Counted from the stretch's first letter, positions 9,611 to 16,124 are shown. The stretch is 20,000 nt of DNA from an uncultured virus (IMG/VR IMGVR_UViG_3300020358_000003) (IMGVR_UViG_3300020358_000003); one strand, 5' to 3'. Translations and numbers: made by a program. The notes: a model not told the origin generated them from the letters alone.

Positions 9611-10024
9611 ATGAATGAAGAAACAAATATAGTAAATTGGTCACCAACTGATATGTTGGAGATAACTTTAAATGAACCTGATGATTTCTTAAAAGTAAGA
9701 GAAACATTAACACGAATTGGTGTATCAAGTAGGAAAGAAAATAAACTATTTCAATCTTGTCATATCCTTCATAAACAAGGTAGATACTTTATAGTCCATT
9801 TTAAAGAGTTGTTTTTGCTAGATGGTAAAAAATCAAACTTAGAAGAAAGCGACATAGGCCGTAGAAATACTATCGCTACACTTATGTCAGATTGGGGTCT
9901 AGTCTCCATACAAAATGAATCAGTTGCTAAAAATTTAGCACCTCTGCGACAGATTAAGATTATTCCTTTTAAAGAAAAAAATAATTGGGAACTATGCCCC
10001 AAGTATAATATAGGAAGAAAATAA
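9611..10024 (+). CDS. regA: Translational repressor RegA
   Basis: PDDFLKVRETLTRIG, LFQSCHILHKQGRYFIVHFKELF, W.L.PKY.IG; alternative TTG start at 9605. Confidence 0.97.
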   Translation: MNEETNIVNWSPTDMLEITLNEPDDFLKVRETLTRIGVSSRKENKLFQSCHILHKQGRYFIVHFKELFLLDGKKSNLEESDIGRRNTIATLMSDWGLVSIQNESVAKNLAPLRQIKIIPFKEKNNWELCPKYNIGRK

Positions 10025-10588
10025 ATGCAGAGTTTCAAATCTCACCTTATAAATGAAAGTGCGCTTAGTGCGCTAAGAACTGCGACGAAAGCCCACAAAG
10101 GGCAGTTTAGAAAAAGTGGTGGTGAATACATTGCTCATCCAAAAGAAGTCGCTAAAATAGTTGCTAAGTTCAAACCAAAATCAAAAAATTTATCTGCATT
10201 AGTTCAAGCAGCATATCTGCATGATACTATAGAAGATACTGATTTATCACACGCTGACTTAGTTAAGCAGTTTGGTGGGTTGGTTGCCAATCTTGTTGAC
10301 CAATTGACCACTAAAAAAGATGATCTGGAAGCAGCAGGTGGTAAGGGTGAGTATATAAAAGATAAGATGGTCAACATGACAAGTTGGGCATTAGTTATTA
10401 AACTCGCTGATAGACTTGCTAATGTATCTGATATTAAGCAGCAGAAACCAGAATGGCAAAGAAAATATGCTGGCGATACAAAATTGGCGTTAGACGCTGT
10501 AAAAAGAGATAGAAAACATTTGAGTCCTACGCATAAGAAAATTATTAAGAATATAGAAACTATTATCAAACCTTATGTGAAAGGATAA
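10025..10588 (+). CDS. Stand-alone RelA/SpoT-family HD hydrolase (Mesh1/SAH-like) with internal-protein-like leader
   Basis: AH.GQ.RKSG..YI.HP..V, AAYLHDTIEDT, V..LT, IKLADRLAN; no synthetase domain. Confidence 0.9.
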   Translation: MQSFKSHLINESALSALRTATKAHKGQFRKSGGEYIAHPKEVAKIVAKFKPKSKNLSALVQAAYLHDTIEDTDLSHADLVKQFGGLVANLVDQLTTKKDDLEAAGGKGEYIKDKMVNMTSWALVIKLADRLANVSDIKQQKPEWQRKYAGDTKLALDAVKRDRKHLSPTHKKIIKNIETIIKPYVKG

Positions 10589-10593
10589 ATTCT

Positions 10594-10941
10594 ATGAAAC
10601 TTTTTTCTAAATTTATAACAGAAATAACTAAAAATCAACGTAAAAAGAAAGAAGCCTATGCTTTGACATATGTTAGGCAAGGCAAGATGGGTATTCTAAG
10701 AATTAGGCCATTACCAGGAAGCAAGTGGGTTGAGGTACGTGGTAAGGTGGGATTTGAAAATAATTACGATGAAAATGATTATTTACACAGAACTATGACT
10801 CTTATCGGTAAAGGTGTAAATGTATCTGAATTTGTAAATGGTTCAGAGGTTGTACTATATGATAGAGGTGATAAAGTTGCAAAACTAGCATTAAGAGCAG
10901 TTAGGGCAATTGTAAAATATCCAGACGTACAGCATTGGTAG
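10594..10941 (+). CDS. Hypothetical protein with internal-protein-like leader
   Basis: 115-aa ORF, AAGGA RBS, tight spacing, starts MKLFSKFITE. Confidence 0.7.
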   Translation: MKLFSKFITEITKNQRKKKEAYALTYVRQGKMGILRIRPLPGSKWVEVRGKVGFENNYDENDYLHRTMTLIGKGVNVSEFVNGSEVVLYDRGDKVAKLALRAVRAIVKYPDVQHW

Positions 10942-10951
10942 GTAATAATAA

Positions 10952-12160
10952 ATGAAAAGTTTTATATCTCATTTAAATGAAAGTATGTTAGAAAAACTTT
11001 TAACTATGAAAGTTAGAAAGTCTATTAAAAACGCTGGTGGTAAAATCTATCAAATTGGTGGTGTGGTTCGTGATGAACTACTTGGAAAGGTTTCAAAAGA
11101 CTTAGACTTAATCGTTGTTGGTGTAGAACTAAGCGATTTAGAAGAAATATTAAAGCCTCACGGTAAAGTGAATATGGTTGGCAAATCTTTTGGTATTCTA
11201 AAATTTGTACCAACAGGCTCAACAGAAGAAGAAGATGTTGATATTTCAGTACCAAGAGTTGACTCTAAGAGTACTGGGGCTGGTCATAAAGATTTTGAGG
11301 TACAATTAGGAAAAGGTATTACTTTACAACAAGATCAGTTGAGAAGAGATTTTTGGATAAATCAATTGGCTAAAGATGTTGATACTGGAGAGATTATTGA
11401 CACTGATGGCAAGGGTATGAAAGATATTAAGAATAAAGAAATTCGTATGATCAGTCCTACTTCATTTGAAGATGATCCTTTAAGAATGTTAAGAGCCATT
11501 CAATTCGCGGCTAGGTTTGAATTTAAAATTGAAAAAAATACTTTCAAGGAAATGAAAAAACAAGCACATACTATTTCATCAGTTTCTTCTGATAGATTCA
11601 ATGAAGAATTTAAAAAACTTTTCACCAAATCAAAAAAACCATCAATCGGTGTAAAACTTTTATTTGAAAGTGGATTGATTAAACATTTATTCCCAAAGGC
11701 ATCCATTAAAGACATTAATTTAAAAGCATTAGATAAACTAGAAACTAAAAACTATGGTGCTTTTATAGGAATGGTTCTAATGAGTTATAAACAAGATGCT
11801 GGTAAAATCGCCAAGGCTGGAATGAAATTATCTAATATTGATTCCAAAGCAGTTCAATCTGTAACTTCATACAAAGATATGGATTTAGTTAAATTAGTTG
11901 GATGGGCTAAAGATAACGATATTAAATCTGTTGATGCCTATCTTACTGCTATAGGAAAACCAACAGTATCATCAAAATTAAAAGGTGTTAAATACCTTTC
12001 AATTAAAGAACTACCTATAAATGGAAAAGATGTTTCTCAATTGGGGTTTAAAGGTAAGAGTATAGGTGATGCTTTACAATCTGCATTAGATTTCTCTATT
12101 AAGACTAATAAAACAAGTAAAAACGATCTTCTTAAACATATAAATAGTAAGAACAAATGA
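10952..12160 (+). CDS. cca: Class II tRNA nucleotidyltransferase (CCA-adding / PcnB superfamily)
   Basis: GGVVRD..L....DLD (motif A), RRDFWIN (B), FEDDPLRMLRA (D), DR..EE (E), C-terminal L.INGKD....G..G..IG tail; no fused HD domain. Confidence 0.88.
   Translation: MKSFISHLNESMLEKLLTMKVRKSIKNAGGKIYQIGGVVRDELLGKVSKDLDLIVVGVELSDLEEILKPHGKVNMVGKSFGILKFVPTGSTEEEDVDISVPRVDSKSTGAGHKDFEVQLGKGITLQQDQLRRDFWINQLAKDVDTGEIIDTDGKGMKDIKNKEIRMISPTSFEDDPLRMLRAIQFAARFEFKIEKNTFKEMKKQAHTISSVSSDRFNEEFKKLFTKSKKPSIGVKLLFESGLIKHLFPKASIKDINLKALDKLETKNYGAFIGMVLMSYKQDAGKIAKAGMKLSNIDSKAVQSVTSYKDMDLVKLVGWAKDNDIKSVDAYLTAIGKPTVSSKLKGVKYLSIKELPINGKDVSQLGFKGKSIGDALQSALDFSIKTNKTSKNDLLKHINSKNK
12139..12146 (+). promoter_or_regulatory. 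T4-type late promoter
   Basis: TATAAATA within the last codons of cca, 29 nt upstream of the next start, which has an AAGGA RBS. Confidence 0.6.
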
Positions 12161-12174
12161 TAAAGGACTGAAAC

Positions 12175-12747
12175 ATGGCATGGGTAACTATTACAAATAA
12201 TCCGAGTTGGCAATATGACAATGCCCCTGCTGATCCTGGTGCTAATAGCCCATTACGACCCTTATGGTTAAAGCAAACCAGCGGAGTTAGAACTACCAAT
12301 GGTCATGAGGTATATACAAGTGTTCGCAAAACTATCGCGGGAACTGGTACTGTTACTTTTGCTATAACTGTTTCAAATCCAGGAGTAGGAAATAGATACT
12401 ATATAGATGGTGTTGGTCCTGCTAGAATATTAAGTTTGACAGAAGGTAGAACATACCGATTCGATCAAAGCGCATCTTCTAATTCTGGGCATCCACTTAG
12501 ATTTTCTATTACGTCAAATGGAACGCATGGCGGCGGGAGCGAGTACACAACAGGAGTAACAACAGCAGGAACTCCAGGAAGTTCTGGGGCATATACTCAG
12601 ATATCTGTGGCTGTTGGTGCGCCTACCTTATATTATTACTGTACAAACCACAGCAATATGGGCGGGACTGCAAACACTCCAGCATCTAGTACATCTACAG
12701 TTTCTATGGGTGAAATTAGTAAAACTTTTTGGGATAATGTATCATGA
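12175..12747 (+). CDS. Probable virion-associated protein with a cupredoxin-like domain
   Basis: L.EGRTYRFDQS..SN.GHPLRFS...LYYYCTNHSNMGG; G/T/S-rich; late promoter upstream. Confidence 0.7.
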   Translation: MAWVTITNNPSWQYDNAPADPGANSPLRPLWLKQTSGVRTTNGHEVYTSVRKTIAGTGTVTFAITVSNPGVGNRYYIDGVGPARILSLTEGRTYRFDQSASSNSGHPLRFSITSNGTHGGGSEYTTGVTTAGTPGSSGAYTQISVAVGAPTLYYYCTNHSNMGGTANTPASSTSTVSMGEISKTFWDNVS

Positions 12748-13013
12748 TTAAGTTTATGACATTTATAACTGATGAGTATCAGAGAGATTACAAAAAAGAA
12801 CGAAAAAACTATCTTGGAACTCCAGAGCAGATGGAGAGAAACGCCGCTAGAAAACGCGCTAGAAGAAAGATGGAAAAAGAGGGTAAGGCAGAGCCTTTTG
12901 ATGGAAGAGATATTCATCACAAAGATGGTGACCCACTCAATAATAATCCAAAAAACTTATCAAGTGTAACTGTCCATTATAATCGTAAAGAGCCAAGGAT
13001 GAGAGATAAATGA
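12744..13013 (+). CDS. Small HNH-family protein with internal-protein-like leader
   Basis: DIHHKDGDPLNN...NL......N.K HNH core preceded by basic helix R..R.RARR. Confidence 0.8.
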   Translation: MIKFMTFITDEYQRDYKKERKNYLGTPEQMERNAARKRARRKMEKEGKAEPFDGRDIHHKDGDPLNNNPKNLSSVTVHYNRKEPRMRDK

Positions 13014-13276
13014 AATCTTTTAAAAATTTTAAAGAAGGTATGGACCGAGATGCTATCGCCATTTTTGCCAAAGAAGATGACGAAGAGGGTGGAGATATAA
13101 CCATTTATAAATTACCTAACGTCCCATATTATAACCATGGTTACGGTGATAAGGGATGGGTTGGTGATGTACGTTCAGATTATGATTTTTTCGCTAAAAG
13201 TATGGCAGAACTTAAACAAAAAATTAAACGTGCTGGTGGCAATCCAAATAAACCAATATATGGAAAACTAAAATGA
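13010..13276 (+). CDS. Hypothetical protein with internal-protein-like leader
   Basis: 88-aa ORF with ATGA overlaps at both ends; starts MKSFKNFKE. Confidence 0.7.
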   Translation: MKSFKNFKEGMDRDAIAIFAKEDDEEGGDITIYKLPNVPYYNHGYGDKGWVGDVRSDYDFFAKSMAELKQKIKRAGGNPNKPIYGKLK

Positions 13277-13674
13277 AAACATTCAAAAATTTTATAATAG
13301 AAGATAAATGTGATTTGGTAGGTATGAAACAAATCAAAGCATTTGAATCTATTGTTGATAAACTATTCAAAAAGTATGGAATTGATTTTAAATTCACTCG
13401 TCATTTTGGTGATAGGATGGGAGATGATAGAAATAATCCTTGTATTTCCATGAAAGAGTTGGCAGAATTTATAAAAAAGATTTATGCAAAGCAAGGCAAA
13501 TCCCTTAAAGGTGTTGCTGGTGCAGAAGCGGTAATTAAAGATATGCAAACTAATTTGAATATTCCAGTAGCAGTTAAGTATGATCAAAGAAATGATGAAT
13601 TTGATGTTGTACTGAAAACCATTATGCGTAAAAAAGATTTTAAAACTCCAGATAAGATAATACGATATGCGTAA
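13273..13674 (+). CDS. Hypothetical protein with internal-protein-like leader
   Basis: 133-aa ORF, ATGA overlap; starts MKTFKNFIIE; FTRHF.DR..D.RN and KTIMRK motifs. Confidence 0.75.
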   Translation: MKTFKNFIIEDKCDLVGMKQIKAFESIVDKLFKKYGIDFKFTRHFGDRMGDDRNNPCISMKELAEFIKKIYAKQGKSLKGVAGAEAVIKDMQTNLNIPVAVKYDQRNDEFDVVLKTIMRKKDFKTPDKIIRYA

Positions 13675-13709
13675 GAATGGAATGGCGTAGAACATTTTTG
13701 GATTAAATT

Positions 13710-14399
13710 ATGAAATACTTTATATCAGCACCTTTTGGAAACTATTTAAAACTTCCTAACGCAATTAGCGTAACTGGAAGTTGGACTGTTGAAAAAAGAG
13801 AAGGACTCATTCCTCAAATTTTTAAAACTCTTAGGTATAAAAATGGTGGATGGATTAATAAAATTGGATTGCGTAACGCAGGAATATATGAAGGTTTAAA
13901 AAGAACAAACTCTACAGATGTGTTGAGCCTTGCCGCAATAAATGAATATGATTGGATAAATTTAGACCGCATAGTAGGTAAAAATTTGTCTGTTGAAATT
14001 AATATAAGTTGTCCAAACCTTGATAAAGATGTAGGAGCGGTTAATCTTCGCGGATTTGATTTATTTCCTAAAAATAACAGAGAATGGTGTATATGTAAGA
14101 TACCGCCTACTGCGACAGAATGTCTCATAGACAAGATAGTAGATTTGGGGTATAATCAAATACATGCAAGCAACACTTTGTACTCTTTAAATGGGGGTCA
14201 AAGTGGAACAATTTTAAAACCATATACTACAAGGATTATAGAATATATAAAGAGAAAACATCCCAGTGTCACTATAATCGCTGGTGGTGGGGTTACAAAT
14301 AAGGATGATGCAGAATTTTATTTTGATAAAGGCGCAGACTATGTAAGTCTAGGAACAGTATGTTTCACACCTTGGAAAATAAAAAACATAATTTCTTAA
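13710..14399 (+). CDS. Dihydroorotate dehydrogenase-like FMN TIM-barrel (class 1-like, short)
   Basis: INKIGLRN.G, EINISCPN (catalytic Cys loop), SNT, GG.SG, IIAGGGV, GAD.V.LGT. Confidence 0.8.
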   Translation: MKYFISAPFGNYLKLPNAISVTGSWTVEKREGLIPQIFKTLRYKNGGWINKIGLRNAGIYEGLKRTNSTDVLSLAAINEYDWINLDRIVGKNLSVEINISCPNLDKDVGAVNLRGFDLFPKNNREWCICKIPPTATECLIDKIVDLGYNQIHASNTLYSLNGGQSGTILKPYTTRIIEYIKRKHPSVTIIAGGGVTNKDDAEFYFDKGADYVSLGTVCFTPWKIKNIIS

Positions 14400-14416
14400 T
14401 TTTTTTTACCTAACCC

Positions 14417-14444
14417 CTTGAAATCACAAAATAAAGACATATAT
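14417..14444 (+). promoter_or_regulatory. RpoH (sigma32)-like heat-shock promoter
   Basis: CTTGAA-15 nt-CATATAT upstream of hsp20, close to the alphaproteobacterial RpoH consensus CTTG-N17-CYTATAT. Confidence 0.6.
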
Positions 14445-14450
14445 ACTAAT

Positions 14451-14538
14451 GAGTTAGCATTTTGGTGCTAATCAAATTAAGGGGATGCGAATAATCGGTC
14501 CCATTAATATCTTGCTTGATCAAAAGGAGATAACAATG
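14451..14538 (+). promoter_or_regulatory. ROSE-like RNA thermometer in the hsp20 5' UTR
   Basis: Two upstream hairpins, then UAUCUU-G-CUU (14508-14517) pairs with AAGGAGAUA (14524-14532): the ROSE U(U/C)GCU motif with unpaired G opposite the SD. Confidence 0.8.
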
Positions 14539-15018
14539 ACAGGCTTACAAACACTTTTTCCACGTTCATCTTTCGTGGGTTTTGACCATCTATTCAATGA
14601 ACTAGAGTTCACTGCTAAACATGCTCAAGATCACTATCCACCACACAATATTATTAAAGCAGGAGAATCAGATTACTTGATTGAACTTGCTATTGCTGGA
14701 TTTTCACAAGATGAAATCAATGTTGAAGTAAAAGATAGAACTTTGACAATAACTGGTGAACACGTTTCTAAAGGTAGAGAATTTATCCATCGTGGCATTT
14801 CAACAAAGAAATTTAAACGAACTTTTAGGCTGTCTGAACACGTACAAGTAAACGGAGCAGATATTCAAGATGGTATTCTGGCAATTGAGTTGCAGTATAT
14901 TATCCCAGAAGAAATGCGTCCTCGTAAAATTAAAATTGGCAATTACGAGGAAAACTCAAATGCAACACATACTAACAACGCACAACTACTTAACGAAAGG
15001 TCTAACAGGACTGTTTGA
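14536..15018 (+). CDS. hsp20: Small heat shock protein Hsp20 (IbpA-like)
   Basis: GFD.LF, YPPHNI, IELA.AGF, HRGI....F.R.F.L, A....GIL.I.L, PRKIKI (IXI); AAGGAG RBS supports start at 14536. Confidence 0.95.
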   Translation: MTGLQTLFPRSSFVGFDHLFNELEFTAKHAQDHYPPHNIIKAGESDYLIELAIAGFSQDEINVEVKDRTLTITGEHVSKGREFIHRGISTKKFKRTFRLSEHVQVNGADIQDGILAIELQYIIPEEMRPRKIKIGNYEENSNATHTNNAQLLNERSNRTV

Positions 15019-15172
15019 TCTTTTATCATCTTTAGTAAAAAGTATTCAACTCACAAGACAATGTTCTGCAAATGCAGATTTGGTAAGATATTTTAGAATA
15101 GAATATCCAAATATGTCTGATCACGAAATACTGACTGAACTAAATAGGAGAACTTTGGAGGAATTTAAATGA
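14960..15172 (+). CDS. Small hypothetical protein (70 aa)
   Basis: ATG 14960 with GAGG at 14947-14950; MQHILTTH...LEEFK; overlaps the hsp20 3' end by 59 nt and the next start (ATGA). Confidence 0.55.
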   Translation: MQHILTTHNYLTKGLTGLFDLLSSLVKSIQLTRQCSANADLVRYFRIEYPNMSDHEILTELNRRTLEEFK

Positions 15173-15333
15173 TTCATTGGATCAAAAATTTCTTTAAGAG
15201 TGCGGCTCCTAAAACTATGATAGAAGAAAGAGATGAATATTTTGCAAATGCAAAAGATTTATGTGACCTTGAAAGAAGAATGAAGGCGTGGGAAAAAACA
15301 TCTATGAATGAAAATCTTCGTGGGTGGATTTGA
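15169..15333 (+). CDS. Small protein (54 aa), DUF3563-like
   Basis: Not in the ORF track; GGAGGA RBS; MIHWIKNFFKSAAPKTMIEERDEYFANAKDLCDLERRMKAWEKTSMNENLRGWI; EY.A.A.D..DLERRM recalled as the DUF3563 pattern. Confidence 0.7.
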   Translation: MIHWIKNFFKSAAPKTMIEERDEYFANAKDLCDLERRMKAWEKTSMNENLRGWI

Positions 15334-15416
15334 TCTTATACCATATTATGATGAAATGGAAACTTTATAGACAGATTGCAGAATATATCTGGATTAGAGT
15401 TTTACCTTAAAATTAG

Positions 15417-15440
15417 GAAGGGCATCAATGCCCTTCTTTC
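15417..15440 (+). terminator. Hairpin, possible intrinsic terminator
   Basis: GAAGGGCA-TCAA-TGCCCTTC followed by a short TTTC tail. Confidence 0.55.
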
Positions 15441-15467
15441 ACACACACACAAATTATGGAGAATATA

Positions 15468-15773
15468 ATGAAAGAATATATTAATGACACTTGGAATAGT
15501 GTTATGGATGCAAACGTCAATCCTTTAAAGAATATCCCAAATTTACAAGTACGCCATTTAATCATGCAAATTCTTGCATGGATGTGGGTATCTGTATGTT
15601 CTATGTACATTGGTAGTATCACTTTTTGGGGGATCAACGCAATCGCACATACACTTTTACTCGCTGCAATTGTTATTACAGTTGGCACATTTGAGACTGC
15701 GAAGCGAAAACCTAAAGTTTTTGATAGAATTGATGGATACAACGGGCGACAAAAGAACGGCGAACATAATTAA
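15468..15773 (+). CDS. Small membrane protein of unknown function
   Basis: GGAGA RBS before ATG 15468; two hydrophobic stretches (LIMQILAWMWVSVCSMYIG; AIAHTLLLAAIVITVGTF). Confidence 0.75.
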   Translation: MKEYINDTWNSVMDANVNPLKNIPNLQVRHLIMQILAWMWVSVCSMYIGSITFWGINAIAHTLLLAAIVITVGTFETAKRKPKVFDRIDGYNGRQKNGEHN

Positions 15774-15792
15774 ATTTAGATAGGAACACACA

Positions 15793-16014
15793 ATGGCACA
15801 CAAAAACCCTTTTGAAATCCGCGCAGAAATGTTACAAATGGCAAAAGATTATATGGATCAGCAATGGACCATGAATATCCAACTTGCAAATGATTTGTAT
15901 GAGCAAGGCCATAAATCAGCAGAAGAAGTTAAGGAAGCGTACAAAATTTATAGTACAGATGATTTGATGGCAAAGGCTAAAGAAATGTATTCTTTCGTAT
16001 CAAAGAAAGATTAA
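15793..16014 (+). CDS. Small hypothetical phage protein
   Basis: AGGA RBS; helical NPFEIR.EML.MAKDY...AKEMY.FV pattern. Confidence 0.8.
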   Translation: MAHKNPFEIRAEMLQMAKDYMDQQWTMNIQLANDLYEQGHKSAEEVKEAYKIYSTDDLMAKAKEMYSFVSKKD

Positions 16015-16056
16015 TGATCTACAGATCATATTTTAAGTTTATGATCTGAAAATCAT
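16014..16056. repeat. Two ATGAT-N6-ATCAT palindromes 27 bp apart
   Basis: ATGATCTACAGATCAT (16014-16029) and ATGATCTGAAAATCAT (16041-16056); also CAGATCATA/TATGATCTG inverted repeat at 16022-16048. Confidence 0.6.
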
Positions 16057-16074
16057 ATTATTATTTTTAATTTG

Positions 16075-16103
16075 TTGACTAAACCTTTATATTATGATAT
16101 AAT
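16075..16103 (+). promoter_or_regulatory. sigma70-type promoter for gp43
   Basis: TTGACT-17 nt-TATAAT with extended -10 TG. Confidence 0.85.
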
Positions 16104-16124
16104 AACTCCAAACGGAGAAGAATA

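Noticed and set aside
10025..13674. Island as a mobile element, or tRNA genes/CRISPR array near the CCA enzyme
   Set aside because: No integrase, transposase or terminal repeats seen; genes are tightly packed with no room for cloverleafs or repeat-spacer arrays.
13710..13745. MKYFIS start of the DHODH-like gene as a seventh packaging leader
   Set aside because: No second Phe/His or terminal Glu; FISAPFG is the first barrel strand. gp46 (MIIFK) and gp43 (MKAFY) starts rejected likewise.
14454..14471. TTAGCA...TGCTAA resembling a CIRCE (HrcA) element
   Set aside because: Only 6 nt separate the arms versus 15 in CIRCE (TTAGCACTC-N9-GAGTGCTAA); better explained as the first ROSE hairpin.
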